Shown in pieces: positions 1 through 13,170 of a stretch of DNA of 64,000 nt. Under the pieces are notes generated by a model. The model was not told the origin of the DNA. It did not search any database and saw nothing but the letters and a program-made list of their open reading frames with translations. Position numbers and translations under genes: made by a program. The stretch comes from Malacoraja senta (Eukaryota), in the NCBI GenBank assembly GCA_038087875.1, contig CM075991.1, forward strand, positions 7,504,001 to 7,568,000. The letters are read 5' to 3'. Numbering within the stretch: the stretch's first letter is position 1; the number at the start of each line of letters is the position of its first letter.

Positions 1-194
1 CTGGAGCCAGTCAAATCGACAATGTCTTGCTTTTAATAAAAATCTAGGAAAACTCAGAACTTTTTTGAAAGATATAAGTGCAATAAATAAACCAAAGGGG
101 AAGTACAATCTCTGCCGTTAAATAAAACACTTTTGAACCTTTTGCTGAATGGCTGATGTCATCTAACATGGAGAAATGTCTGAAGAAGGGTCTT

Positions 195-412
195 AGAAAC
201 ATAGACATAGAAAATAGGTGCAGGAGGAGGCCATTTGGCCCTTCGAGCCACTATTCATTGTGATCATGGCTGATCATCCCCAATCAATAACCCGTGCCTG
301 CCTTCTCCCCATATCCCTTGATTCTACTAGCCCCTAGAGCTCTATCTAACTCTCTCTTAAATCCATCCAGTGACTTGGCCTCCACTGCCCTCTGTGGCAG
401 GGAATTCCACAA
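195..412 (-). mobile_element. CR1 LINE 3' fragment, inserted into a Penelope-like short repeat
   Basis: Encodes the CR1 ORF2 C-terminus (LWNSLPQRAVEAKSLDGFKRELD...GYGEKAGTGY) and has a CATAGA-type tail. The host repeat ctgaagaagggtct (180) resumes as cccgaaac (418). Confidence 0.85.
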
Positions 413-1295
413 AACGTCCCGAAACATCACCCATTCCTTCTCTCCAGAGATGCTGCCTCTCCCGCTGAGATATTCCAGTAGTTGGTGTCTATCTTTGGCG
501 TAATTCAGCATCTGCAGTTCTTTCCTGCACAAAATGTGAGGCTGTTCACTTTGGTCACAACAAAATGGCGGACTACTCTGTAAACGTGGAGAGATTGGAG
601 GGCGTTGGTACGTCGATGCTCGAGGATCCTGGATGTCCCTGTACACAAATCATTGAAAGTTAGCGTGCAGATGCAGCAAGCTTTTAACAGAAGGAAAGTA
701 TGTACAGTTGAGCTTCAAAGCAAAGAGGGTTTGAGTGTAAGAGCGAGGATGTCCAACAGGAATTGTATAGCACCCCACTGAGACCATACCTGGAATATTT
801 AGTAGCCTACTCCTGCTTGTTTTATGTTTAAATTCGTAGCATTCCTCATTCTGCTAATGCTAACCTTAATGAGAATATAATTATGCAGATGGTGTATTTT
901 AATGAGCTCATTCTTGATATGATATCTCACTTCTTCCCGTCAATGAATGGGTAATTATTGACCCCCAGGTTTAATGTCAACTACATTTAATTTTTCAGTG
1001 TTCCAACATCCTCGAAACAAATGCTCCAGGCTCCCATGTTGTTCCTCAGGCTCTATGTTCTTTCCAGCTTCAATGAGTGTCACTGATGGATTTCAGTAAG
1101 TTTAAGCCTTTCATCTAACCTCAAAGGTACAGTAACATATGCGCGAGTTGAAGGGGAACTGCAGGCAGTGATGTTCCCATGTTGCCCAGAAAAGGACACA
1201 GAGTGCTGGAGTAACTCAGCGCGTCAGGCAGCATCTCTGGAGAAAATGGATAAGGTGCCATTTCGGGTTGAGACCCTTCTACAGACCTGCTGCTT

Positions 1296-1438
1296 CTTCT
1301 TCTTCTTCTTCCGTGTGGCGTGCACAGCCTAAAGTTGTTGGACATCTTGTTCTATTTGATCTTCCGTTTGTGCACGTCGAGTTGATTGCATTAGTCGAAA
1401 CAGGGCGGACCACGTGAAGGTTGCAATCTTCCACCCCT
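1296..1438 (-). mobile_element. Short retroposon with (GAA)n tail (RTE-type 3' end or SINE)
   Basis: (CTT)n run at 1293-1310; 10-bp direct repeat CCTGCTGCTT at 1286-1295 and 1439-1448. Confidence 0.65.
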
Positions 1439-1652
1439 CCTGCTGCTTGGCTTGCTGAGTTACTCCAGCACATTGTGTCTTTTAGTGTGAACCAGCATCT
1501 GCAGTTCCTTGTTTCTACCTTCTGCCTGTTGTCCATGTCCTGCTTGGTAGTAAGATTTGGGAAGTGATTTTGCAGTGGCCTGGGTAAGCCTGGTATTCCC
1601 AGGTAGCCTCCGTACGTAACTGCAGTGAATTTCAGACCTGTTATATACTGTA

Positions 1653-1975
1653 GCCTGGATAGAGTGAATATGGGGAGGATGTTCCTATTTGTGGGAGAGT
1701 CTAGGGCCAGAGGCCATAGCCTCGGAATAAAAGGATGTACCTTTAGAACAAATGTGAGGAGGAATTTCTTTAGTCAGAGGGTGGTGAATCTGAGCAATTC
1801 ATTGACACAGAAGGTTGTGGAGGCAACGTCAATGGATATTTTTAAGTGACGGATTCTTGTCAGGAGTTATGGTAAGAAGGCAGGAGAATGGGGTTGGGAG
1901 GGAAAGATTGATCAGCCATGATTGAATGGCGGAGTGGACTTGATGGGCCGAATGGCTCCTAGAACATATGAACTT
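1653..1975 (+). mobile_element. CR1 LINE 3' fragment
   Basis: Translates to LDRVNMGRMF..VGESRARGHSL..RRNFFSQRVVNL..MDIFK and is followed by a CR1-type 3' UTR. Confidence 0.8.
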
Positions 1976-2321
1976 ATGTAGCCATAGTCTGCAAAGACAG
2001 AATGAATATCTTAGGGTGGGTGATGGGTGTCGGTTAAGGAGTCTGCTTTGTCCTGGATAGTCTTGAGTTACAGATGTAAATACTGCACAGGAACAGGCCC
2101 CTGCTGTGTGAGAGCATTGTGCATCATCCTGCCATTGCCCATCAGGCAGTCAGGATGAGCCATGCTCAAAATGTATACACTGCATGAGGCATTGAACTAG
2201 ATTGGCACTCCCAAAAAGATCAGGCATGGCAGAACCAAATCTTGAGTACGGTTCTTCAGTTTTAATTGCAGGTAATTTCTTCAGGCAGTCCCTCAGGATT
2301 AGGGATGACTTACTTTTGTGC

Positions 2322-2950
2322 AACAGTAGAGTTGCTGCCTTAAGCCCCTGTCCCACTGTACGAGGTAATTCAAGAGTTCTCCCGAGTTTTCCCCTGATTC
2401 GAACTCGGAGAATGTCCGTTGCGGGTCCGTAGGAGTTCGTGGATGTCTCGTAGCGGCTCGTGCGAGTAAAAAGTAACAATTTTTTTCATCACGAGTATTT
2501 TTTTACTCGTGGACATTTTTCACAGTGTTGAAAAAAACGTCACGTGTATACTGGATTTCCCGAGTACCTACCATTACTCGTACGAGACATCCACAAACTC
2601 CTAGGGACCCGCTACGGACATTCTCCGAGTTCGAATCAGGGGAAAACTCGGGAGAACTTTTGAATTACCTCGTACAGCGGGACAGGCCCTTCACAATGCC
2701 AGAGACCTAAGGTTAGAACCTGAGTATAGGTGTTGCCTGTACGGAGTTTGTACGTTCCCCAGGTGACCACGTGGGTTTTCTCCGGGTGCTTCGGTTTCCA
2801 CCCACACACCAAAGGCGCACAGGTTTGTAGGTTGATTGGCTACAGTAAGTTATAAAAGTGTCCATAGTGTGTGTAGGTTAGTGTAAGGGATGATCACTGG
2901 TCGCACGGACTCAGGGGGCCGAAGGGCCCCTTTCTGCATTGTATCTCTAA
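2322..2950 (+). mobile_element. tRNA-derived SINE (HE1/V-SINE-like), interrupted by a MITE
   Basis: Head gtagagttgctgcctta resumes as cacaatgccagagacc after the MITE; body matches other copies in the window; ends ctgcattgtatctctaaa. Confidence 0.75.
2343..2690. mobile_element. PIF/Harbinger-type MITE
   Basis: Long imperfect TIRs (agcccctgtcccactgtacgaggtaattcaa... / ...ttgaattacctcgtacagcgggacaggccct), flanked by TTA and TCA. Confidence 0.8.
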
Positions 2951-3232
2951 AGTCGAGTCTATATTTGTCGATTTTCGGGAGCCAAATGGAGCCAATATAC
3001 AAGCTACAGGTTCATCACATTCACGGTACCATTGACATAGTTGCCAACACCATAGAGAGGCACAGTGGTGGAGCTGCATCGAAGACCCAGGCCTAATCTT
3101 GACCTTGGCTGCTGTCTGTGTGGAGTTTGCATGTTCTGCCCTTGACCATGATGGTTTCTCTGGGTGTTCCTGGTTCCTGTCACATCCCAAAGATCTGCAG
3201 GTTTGTGGGTTTATTGGCTTCTATCAATTACC

Positions 3233-3432
3233 NNNNNNNNNNNNNNNNNNNNNNNNNNNNNNNNNNNNNNNNNNNNNNNNNNNNNNNNNNNNNNNNNNNN
3301 NNNNNNNNNNNNNNNNNNNNNNNNNNNNNNNNNNNNNNNNNNNNNNNNNNNNNNNNNNNNNNNNNNNNNNNNNNNNNNNNNNNNNNNNNNNNNNNNNNNN
3401 NNNNNNNNNNNNNNNNNNNNNNNNNNNNNNNN
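3233..3432. other. Assembly gap (200 N)
   Basis: Run of exactly 200 N. Confidence 1.
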
Positions 3433-4640
3433 TCCTGAATCTCTTTTCACAGATGCTGTATGGCTTTTCTTTGCACAGTATTTTCAGATTTTGGTTCAAT
3501 TTTTCAGAATAATAATTCTTTCTTTTAAAAAATTCACATCAGGAACATTGTGTGTTACATTCAGAAATGTCCTGATAATTTATATTTGCAAGATTGATGC
3601 ACTACGCATGCAGTTAATAGTATCATTAAATGGTTCTCAGCATTGGTATGTTCAAGACAAGCTTAGTTTTTTTTTTAATAACTGAAGCTGCTTTATACAA
3701 TTTTTTCTGATAAACATCAATTATGTTGTTGGTGCCTCCAGGGCTCTGAGAATCATCCGTACATTTATTCCACTGACGTTGATGCATGATCAACCTCTGC
3801 AACAAAAAAAAACTCACTTTAATTGTGTCGGTGACATTCAACTGCAAATCGTGGCACTGAAATTTTTGTTGACAGGTTGGATCGTGTTATTTTACCATCA
3901 CTTCGGGGTTCGCTGCATTGAATGTTTCATTTTCATGTTAAATTATAATCTCTCCAACTGTTCCAATGTGAGCTGACTGTTATATTCCTAAATAAAAGGA
4001 CAGGACATTCAGGACCAAAATGAGGAGCAAGTTCTTCACCCAGATGGTAGTGAACCTTTGAAATTCTCTATCCATGAAATTAGTGAACCTTTGAAATTCT
4101 CTATCGATGAGGGCTGTGGCGACTCTGTCGCTGAATATATTCAAGACTGAGATCGATAGATTTTTAGACATTATTATTGACATTGCTTTATTATGTCAAG
4201 AGTACCAAGGTACAGTGAGAAACTTTGTTTGCATGCTATCCATGGGTACAATCAAGTACTATAGTAGAAACAAAGAACTAGAGATGCTGATTAATACACA
4301 AATGGACACGCTGCTGGAGTAACTTACGCGAGGTCAGGCAGCATCTCTGGAGTACAGCTGTCGTAGAGTCATACAGCGTGGAAACAGGTGCTTCGGCCTA
4401 ACTTGCCCATAAAAGCCAACATGTCCCATCTACACTAGTCCCACCTGCCTGCGTTTGGCCCATGATCAAGATATATTTATTTGTCACATGTGCCGGTTGG
4501 CACAGTGAAATGTGATCACCATACAGCCACACAATAAAATGAAGAACACAACATAGAGTTGATAGAGTTTAACATAAAACATTCCCACACAGCAGAATCA
4601 AAAGTTTCCCACTGTAAGGGAAGGCACCAAAGTCAGTCAT

Positions 4641-6823
4641 AGATACATAGATACATAGAAAATAGGTGCAGGAGTAGGCCATTCGGCCCTTCGAGCCTGC
4701 ACCGCCATTCAATATGATCATGGCTGATCATCCAACTCAGTATCCCGTACCTGCCTTCTCTCCATACCCCCTGATCCCTTTAGCCACAAGGGCCACATCT
4801 AACTCCCTCTTAAATATAGCCAATGAACTGGCCTCAACTACCCTCTGTGGCAGAAAGTTCCAGAGATTCACCACTCTCTGTGTGAAAACGTTTTTTCTCA
4901 TCTCGGTCTTAAAGGATTTCCCCCTTATCCTTAAGCTGTGACTCCTTGTCCTGGACTTCCCCAACATCGGGAGCAATCTTCCTGCATCTAGCCTGTCCAA
5001 CCCCATAAGAATTTTGTACGTTTCTATAAGATCCCCTCTCAATCTCCTAAATTCTAGCGAGTATAAGCCGAGTCTATCCAGTCTTTCTTCATATGAAAGT
5101 CCTGACATCCCAGGAATCAGTCTGGTGAACCTTCTCTGCACTCCCTCTATGGCTATAATGTCCTTCCTCAGATTTGGAGACCAAAACTGTACGCAATACT
5201 CCAGGTGTGGTCTCACCAAGACCCTGTACAACTGCAGTAGAACCTCCCTGCTCCTATACTCAAATCCTTTTGCTATGAAAGCTAACATACCATTCGCTTT
5301 CTTCACTGCCTGCTGCACCAGCATGCCTACTTTCAATGACTGGTGTACCATGACACCCAGGTCTCGCTGCATCTCCCCTTTTCCTAATCGGCCACCATTT
5401 AGATAATAGTCTGCTTTCCTGTTTTTGCCACCAAAGTGGATAACCTCACATTTATCCACATTATACTGCATCTGCCAAACATTTGCCCACTCACCCAGCC
5501 TATCCAAGTCACCTTGCAGTCTCCTAGCATCCTCCTCACAGCTAACACTGCCCCCCAGCTTAGTGTCATCCGCAAACTTGGAGATGTTGCCTTCAATTCC
5601 CTCATCCAGCTCATTAATATAAATTGTAAATAGCTGGGGTCCCAGCACTGAGCCTTGCAGTACCCCACTAGTCACTGCCTGCCATTGTGAAAAGGACCCG
5701 TTTACTCCTACTCCTTGCTTCCTGTCTGCCAGCCAGTTCTCTATCCACATCAATACTGAACCCCCAATACCGTGTGCTTTAAGTTTGTATGCTAATCTCT
5801 TATGTGGGACCTTGTCGAAAGCCTTCTGAAAGTCCAGATACAACACATCCACTGGTTCTCCCTATCCACTCTACTAGTTACATCCTCGAAAAATTCTATA
5901 AGATTCGTCAGACATGATTTACCTTTCGTAAATCCATGCTGACTTTGTCCAATGATTTCACCACTTTCCAAATGTGCTGCTATCCCATCTTTAATAACTG
6001 ACTCTAGCAGTTTCCCCACTACCGATGTTAGGCTAACTGGTCTGTAATTCCCCGTTTTCTCTCTCCCTCCCTTCTTAAAAAGTGGGGTTACGTTTGCTAC
6101 CCTCCAATCCTCAGGAACTACTCCAGAATCTAAAGAGTTTTGAAAATTATCACTAATGCATCCACTATTTCTGGAGCTACTTCCTTAAGTACTCTGGGAT
6201 GCAGCCTATCTGGCCCTGGTGATTTATCGGCCTTTAATCCATTCAATTTACCCAACACCACTTCCCGACTAACCTGGATTTCACTCAGTTCCTCCATCTC
6301 CTTTGACCCGCGGTCCCCTGCTATTTCCTGCAGATTATTTATGTCTTCCTTAGTGAAGACGGAACCAAAGTAGTTATTCAATTGGTCCGCCATATCCTTG
6401 TTCCCCATGATCAATTCACCTGTTTCTGACTGCAAGGGACCTACATTTGTTTTAACTAATCTCTTTCTCTTCACATATCTATAAAAGCTTTTGCAGTCAG
6501 TTTTTATGTTCCCTGCCAGTTTCCTTTCATAATCTATTTTCCCTTTCCTAATTAAGCCCTTTGTCCTCCTCTGCTGGTCTCTGAATTTCTCCCAGTCCTC
6601 TGGTATGCTGCTTTTTCTGGCTAATTTGTACGCATCATCTTTTGCTTTGATACTATCCCTGATTTCCCTTGTTATCCACGAATGCACTACCTTCCCTGAT
6701 TTATTCTTTTGCCAAACTGGGATGAACAATTCTTGTAGTTCATCCATGCAGTCTTTAAATGCCTTCCATTGCATATCCACCGTCAACCCTTTTAGAACTA
6801 ATTGCCAGTCAATCTTGGCCAAT
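4641..6823 (-). mobile_element. 5'-truncated CR1 LINE (about 2.2 kb) with 8-bp TSD
   Basis: ORF2 pieces at 6130-6823, 5792-6019 and 4737-5852 joined by frameshifts; (CATAGATA) tail at the left; TCAGTCAT at 4633-4640 and 6824-6831. Confidence 0.95.
4737..5852 (-). pseudogene. CR1 ORF2 reverse transcriptase domain (fragment, no endonuclease)
   Basis: RT motifs YLDFQKAFDKVPH, SGVLQGSVLGP, KFADD, and C-terminal RPHLEYCVQFWSP and RVVNLWN. Confidence 0.95.
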
Positions 6824-8554
6824 TCAGTCATCTCCCTCTGATGTTCACCCATGGTCGGGGCCTCCAGAGCCCTCCGCAGTCGCCGCTACGGGCAGCCCGC
6901 CGCACAGGCCCGCTCGCCTGGATGTTGGCTCTCCGACGTCGGGACTGGAGGCCAACCTCAGCGGCTTGGACCTCCAAAACGGCCGCTTCCCACCGGAGTC
7001 CGCAGCTCCCGACGTCCCCAGGCCGCGCCAGGCGGAGACTCGCGCTGGCGGCCCTCGGCGATGTCGGTCAGTGTCACCCGCGCCTGGAGCTCCGCAAACC
7101 ATATCCCTCTAAACCTGTCCTATCCATATACAGTGCCTGTCCAAATGTTTATTAAAACTGTGATAGGACCTGCCTTAACTACGTTCTCCAGCAGCTCGTT
7201 CCATGTACCCGTCAACCGTTGTGTGACAGAGTTACCCCTATTAAATTCTCCCCCCAATCTTAAACCTGGTTCCAGATTTCAAATGTCAATTAGATAGGAG
7301 ACATTTTGGGACGAGACCCTTTATCAGACCCGAAACGCCACCGTTCCATGTTTCTCAGAGATACTGCATGGCCCGCTGAGTTACTCTAGCATTTTGTGTC
7401 CACAAATACAATCGGTAGGGCATTGTGAAAAATACCAGAGTGCAGAATATAGTGTTAGAGCATTGCAGTTTTATAGTTATTGAGAAAGCACAGATTTTTT
7501 TAAAGTGCAAGTTTTGGAGTGAGGTAGATTGGGGGAATTGGGACTACTCCTTTAGTTTATTAGAGGTTCGTCCACTAGTCTGATGACAGTGACAAGGAAG
7601 ATATTTTAGAAGAAGATATTAAGTGAATTAAGGAAAGTGGAGTTAGTTGAGGAAAGTTGTCCCGGGTTATAACATCAGCCACATTCATTGAATTTGGAGC
7701 AGGCATAGAGGACTGACTGTCCTGTTCCTTCTGTTTCTTATATTCTCGCCAGATAGAATCATGGAACAATGAGGTTCCTTTCAAAGAGCATTCCAGTTAG
7801 ATCCACTACCTTGCCATTTCCCAAGATCTCTCCAATTGTTTTCTCATTCAAGTATTTATTCAATTTGCCTTTTAAGACTTTTATTGATTCTCTATCCATC
7901 ACAGTTTTAAAGGTTCATTCATTTCCTAACCACCCAGTGCACTAAAATGTTGTTCGTCACATGCTGTGTCGAGTTTCTTTTGCCAATTACCTTCAACACA
8001 TGCTTCTGGTTGCTAGTTCTTCTCTTCATTTACTTTGCATCAACTCCTCTCCGTTTAAAATGCCTTAATTTTCCCTGCTCTCAGGAGAGCCAAGCAGCTG
8101 AGCCACTGATCCGTGTAACTAAAAATGCCGGTATTAATCTGATCGATTTTGAGTGTAGAAATCGAGGGCGCAGCTTTAAGGAGAGAGGAGAGAGATGAAA
8201 AGGAGATACGAGGAACAGGTTTCTCACACAGAAGGTGGTGGTTATTTGGAAGGAGTTTACAGAGGAGGCGGTGGAGGCAGACACACTGCTAATTGCATTT
8301 GGACAGGTACTCGGATAGGAAAGGGAACATAGACGGATATGGACATGGTGTGCAGGCAAGAAAGGTTAGTGCAGATAGTCATCATGGTTGGCATGGTTAA
8401 GGTGGATCAAAAAAACAGTTTCAATGCTAAGCAATTCTATGATTCTACACTGAATCTTCCCTTTCTGTCTTACATGCCGTGCATAAAATGGATACCACAC
8501 ACATGCAGAACTCATCCATGCTGTCCTGCATCTACAACACTGTGGACTCTTCCT

Positions 8555-8840
8555 TTAGACTTTAGAGATACGGCGCTGAAACAGGTCCTCCAGCCCACCA
8601 GGTCCATAGCGACCTATGATCACCCCATACACTAACACTGTCCTACCCACTTGGGGACAACTTACATTTTTACCGGCCAATTAACCTACAAATCTGTACG
8701 TCTTTGGAGTGTGGGAGGAAACTGGAACGCCCAGAGAAAACCCATGTGATCACATAGAGAATATACAAACTCCGCACAGACAGTACCTGTAGTCAGGATC
8801 GAACCCGGGCTTCTGGCAGCAACTCTACAGCTGCACCACT
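8555..8840 (-). mobile_element. tRNA-derived SINE (HE1/V-SINE-like)
   Basis: Antisense B box (ggatcgaacc), head gcagcaactctacagctgcacca, and (TTTAGAC) tail. Confidence 0.85.
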
Positions 8841-9674
8841 CTGTCGAGTCACTCTGGCACTTTGTGTCCCTTTGTGTAAACCAGCATCTGCAGTTTTTTG
8901 TTGCTACCTATTCAGTATACAGTGGTTTGAGATAGCCTGTTGCCAAGTTAGCAAAACAAGAACGTTGGAGGGAAGTCAAATGCAATTGACAACTGAAATG
9001 TAAATTCAGACAAGCTAGTGTGTTACAAGCCATGAGGAATTATTGCCTATGTACATTGCTTTGTGGCTTGACGTGTCTGCTGGTATGCATCAGTTTCTCT
9101 ATCATGTCAAATGTTGGCATGCTTCCTGCTGTTTCATCATCTGCCAGCCTCAATCATTGCTACAAGAAATCGCTACGATCATTGAAACTGCATTAGACAA
9201 ATCCACCATTTTAGCTCCTTTATTTGCACCACCTATAGCTGGGCATTGAACCTGGGATCGTGCATCAGGAAGAAGTCCATCCACCTGGCGGTAGAGTTCA
9301 GAGAAGCTCTCTGGTTTGGCAGCAGTTTCTGCTTCACTAGTGAGGAACCTTATAAAGGTTTTGAGTCAAATCAGTGTAATTACTTTAACCTTTCATGTGG
9401 AAAAATCTGAAATAAATGATTCATTGGATTCTTGTTCGTTGCTCTGAGTTTGCACAGTTTCGGAGTCAGGCACAATTAGATGATCCGATGAGCTGTGCAG
9501 AGTTTGTGTTAAATAGAAACCTGATGAGTTTCAAAATATTTGTGATCACCGTCATGTAATAAAAATGTGGTCCCTGTTTTGTCTTTTAATGGTAGGGTTC
9601 ACAGTCATTTCTCCGTGAAATTGGCTGCAACTGTGACTCCTGTGCATCAACGTTTAGCAGGGAATTGCCATAGA

Positions 9675-9972
9675 TTTAGTTTAGTTTTGAGGTACAGCGT
9701 GGAAACAGGCCCTTCGGCCCACCGAGCCCGCGATGCCCATACACTAGCACTATCCTACACACACTAGGGACAATTTACCATTTTACCAAAGCTAGTTAAC
9801 CTACACACCTGTACGTCTTCGGAGTGTGGGAGGAAAACCGGAGCACCCGGAGAAAACCCATGCAGGTCACGGGGAGAACGTACCAACTCCATACAGACCG
9901 CACCCGTAGTCAGGATCGAACCCGGGTCTTTGGTGCTGAAGGCAGCAACTCTACAGCTGCGCCACCGTGCCA
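9675..9972 (-). mobile_element. tRNA-derived SINE (HE1/V-SINE-like)
   Basis: On the minus strand: A box TGGCGCAGCTG, B box GGTTCGATCC, (CTAAA)n tail. Confidence 0.9.
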
Positions 9973-11506
9973 CACAGATCTAGTGCATCTTCCCAGGTTG
10001 TGCTGTCTGCAATCTTTCCTCCCCCATTCAAGTGGAAATTATTGACTTGCAGGTGCAGACAAACAAGTTCTAATGTAAAATATCCAGAAGTTCATGAGCT
10101 CAATATGAGATTTTAGTGATGTAGCAAATTATAATTACTCCTTGACAAACTGGTTAGCACCATGTGTATGTGAGTGTGTGGGTGTATGACGTCTCTCTGG
10201 GTTTGTGCATTGGGGTGTTGCATGTGTGTGTGTACACGCGTGTGTGGATGAAGGGTGGTCGGATGTGTTGGACACCCAACACACTGAGCCGGCTCTCTTT
10301 TCAAATTGTTCACAAAATTAATTCTTGATTTCAATGGGTAGAAATTCTCAAGCTCTCAAAAAGTGATCCAAACCATGAAACATCAACCGTTGCAAATCAT
10401 TTGAGAGGTGGCTTGGTGTTGTGCTGGAGGGCACTGTTGGTTGATATGGATTATTGGGCAAAGGCAGTGTAGATAGCAAGGCTCATCTGTACCGTGGATT
10501 CAGACTCGTACAGCAAAGAAACAGGCCCTTCGGCCCATCTTGTCCATCCGACCTTTATGCCCGTCCACACTGCGTGCATGTGCTCCATCCCGTTCTGCCT
10601 CTGATGCATTACATCAGTTGCAAATTGTGCTGCTTCCCACTAATTTTGGACTTGACAGCAAGATTAATGAACAAGGTCTGCTCTTGCCGGCTTTGTGTGG
10701 ATCTACCAAAAGTAGATCTACCAAAGTGTGATGAAGCTTCCTGTTCAGAGGCAACATGGCATTAAATGCTGGCACTGAAAAATGCTCTTTCTTTCTCAAC
10801 TTTGTCAAATTCTGTCACAGGACATTTTGGTTCATCATTGCGTGAGGTGAATCTCGTTTACATTGACTCGGAGCATTGCAATGTAAAATTTAGTAGCTAT
10901 GTCGAGCGGCGCTTGAATCATTTTTCATCTTTAACGTGCATCATATGTAATTGTTCATCTGAAAAGAATAGGAAGTTCTCAGATTGCCAAGGAATCTTCA
11001 GTGATACCACGAGGCAGTTCTTATCCATGATGGTAAATGTGAAATAAAAGTGCAGCCATCTACACCAGTAGATCATGCTGCACATCAAGCATTCAAGTGT
11101 CAAAGCTTTCTAGATGTGTGTTGTGTTGAATTAAAATACTTGCATTTATCCAGCGCCATTCGTGAGCTTTTTAGGACGTCAATGGTTCACTAGTTCTTTA
11201 TTGTTGACGTTTCCACTACACAGTGAAATCCTTCGAACTGTCGACATATTTGGCACCATTTACAAAAGTAAAAGAAAAGTCAAAAGTCCTTTTGACTTTT
11301 CCACATGCTGGAAGTATTGGAGTGTCCCCGATACAGGTCACCAAGTGTTTTGAGTAGGCAAACGGTAGCCTTCCCTCTTGTGGTCACCATCAAATAATTC
11401 CTGATAACAGATCGTGACGGCATACTTTGTGTCGGTGCCAACCATTCCATCAGTCCTCTTGCATCCCCATCAATTCACTCCCCTTTTCACCTGTCACCCA
11501 TCTTAT

Positions 11507-11841
11507 GGACAATAGACAATAGGCAATAGGTGCAGGAGTAGGCCATTCGGCCCTTCGAGCCAGCACCATCATTCAATGTGATCATGGCTGATCATCCCCA
11601 ATCAGTACCCCGTTCCTGCCTTCTCCCCATATCCCCGGACTCCGCTATCTTTAAGAGCCCTATCTGGCTCTCTCTTGAAAGTATCCAGAGAACCGGCCTC
11701 CACCTCTCCCTGAGGCAGAGAATTCCACAGACTCACCACTCTCTGTGAGAAAAAGTGTTTCCTCGTCTCCGTTCTAAATGGCTTACCCCTTATTCTTAAA
11801 CTGTGGCCCCTGGTTCTGGACTCCCCCAACATCGGGAACAT
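11507..11841 (-). mobile_element. CR1 LINE 3' fragment
   Basis: ORF MFPMLGESRTRGHSLRIRG...GYGEKAGTGY with a (CTATTGT) tail. Confidence 0.9.
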
Positions 11842-12546
11842 GACGCTCTGTGCAATTTTCAGCAGCCAATGAATCTACCTACCAACGTGCCTTTGGGAGA
11901 TGGAAGGCAACCGGAGCAATGGGTAACCTACTCAGCCAGGAGAAAATGTACAAATCCACACTGACGGCACCCGAGGTCAGGATAACTACTATCTCTCCGC
12001 TACTCACCAACTATCTCCCCTCCAATCCATCAGTCTGATGGGTCATGCCACAAAACATCGCCTGTTTATTAAGGCCGGTTGGCACGGTAGTTTAGCTGAT
12101 AGAACTGCTGTTCGGTCTTGGATTCCATCCTGAGTTTGGGAGGATTTTGCACATTCTCTCTGTGACCATGTGGGTTTCCTCCAGGTTCTGCAGTTATATA
12201 GCGCAAAAACAAAAACAATGCCACGGTCTATGTAGTTTGGACACGATGTGGTGTTTAACAGCCTGATGGTTGTCGGGAAGAAGCTGCTTTTCAACTTGGT
12301 CCTTATAGTTTTCAGGCTCCAGTTTGCTGCCCAATGCACTCAACAGTGTGGGAGGAACTAAGTCTAAGTAAGTATACCTCCTTCCCAATGGCCAGTTTGG
12401 AATGAAACCAGAGAGCAGTGTTGAACTACTATCTACCTCATTGGCGACCCTCGGACTATCCTTGATCAGACTTTGCTGGCTTTGCCTTGCATTAAACGTT
12501 ATTCCCTTATCATGTATCTATACATTGTAATGGCTCAATTGTAATT

Positions 12547-13170
12547 ATAGAAACATAGAAAATAGATGCAGGAGGAGGCCATTCGGCCCTTCAAGCCAGC
12601 TGTGATCATGGGTGATCGTCCCAAATCAATAACCCGTGCCTGCCTTCTCCCCGTATCCCTTGATTCCACTAGCCCCTAGAGCTCTATCTAAAGGGCCTGT
12701 CCCAATGTATGAGCTAATTAAAGAGTTCTCCCGAGTTTCGCCTGATTCGAACTCGGAGAATTATGGTAATAGCCGCTCGTAGGTACTCGGGGCTCTCGAG
12801 GACATTTTTCAACATGTTGAAAAATCATCACGAGTCTTCACGAGCTTACCGCGTTTCCCGAGTACCTGCCGTTAGCGTTACAAGCCGCTAAGAGACGTCC
12901 CGAGCTCTGACGTACCCGCTACGTACATTCCATGTGCTTACCACAAGTTAGATTTTTTTTTTTAACTCGGGAGAGCTCTTGAATTACCTCGTACAGTGGG
13001 ACTGGCCCTTAACTCTTTCTTAAATCCATCCAGTGATTTGGCCTCCACTGCCCTCTGTGGCAGGGAATTCCACAAATTCACAACTCTCTGGGTGCAAATG
13101 TTTTTTCTCACCTCAATCTTAAATGGCCTCCCCTTTATTCTAAGACTCTGTCCCCTGGTTCTGGACTCTG
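12547..13170 (-). mobile_element. CR1 LINE 3' fragment split by a MITE and nested in a Rex1-type 3' UTR
   Basis: CR1 C-terminal peptide RVVNLWNSLPQRAVEAKSLDGFKKEL interrupted at a TAA. The host repeat (12395-12545) resumes at 13170 and ends AATAAACTAAACTGAAC. Confidence 0.85.
12692..13009. mobile_element. PIF/Harbinger-type MITE (related to 2343-2690)
   Basis: Termini agggcctgtcccaatgta / tacagtgggactggccct; TAA at 12689-12691 and 13010-13012. Confidence 0.85.

Larger units (their letters stand above)
4465..7098 (-). mobile_element. GC-rich non-autonomous retroposon with Rex1-like 3' tail, split by the CR1 (parts 4465-4640 and 6832-7098)
   Basis: Rejoined sequence tttaacataaaacatt..cactgtaagggaaggcaccaaag..ggtcggggcctc aligns by eye to the reverse complement of 28340-28450. 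Flanked by CCAT/CCAT inside an older CR1 tail. Confidence 0.6.

Noticed and set aside
3099..3685. ORFs spanning X runs (also 26577-27359 and 61530-62039)
   Set aside because: Artefacts of 200-N scaffold gaps; contiguity across the gaps is itself uncertain.
4048..4110. 33-bp tandem duplication (tagtgaacctttgaaattctctatc)
   Set aside because: Local slippage inside a decayed CR1 fragment; no sign of function.
6759..7297. GC-rich ORFs after the CR1
   Set aside because: They lie in a non-coding repeat body and adjacent CR1 tail; no recognisable domain.
11275..11300. Perfect 12-bp hairpin AAAAGTCAAAAG-tc-CTTTTGACTTTT resembling a terminator
   Set aside because: AT-rich, isolated and in a eukaryotic genome; no supporting context.
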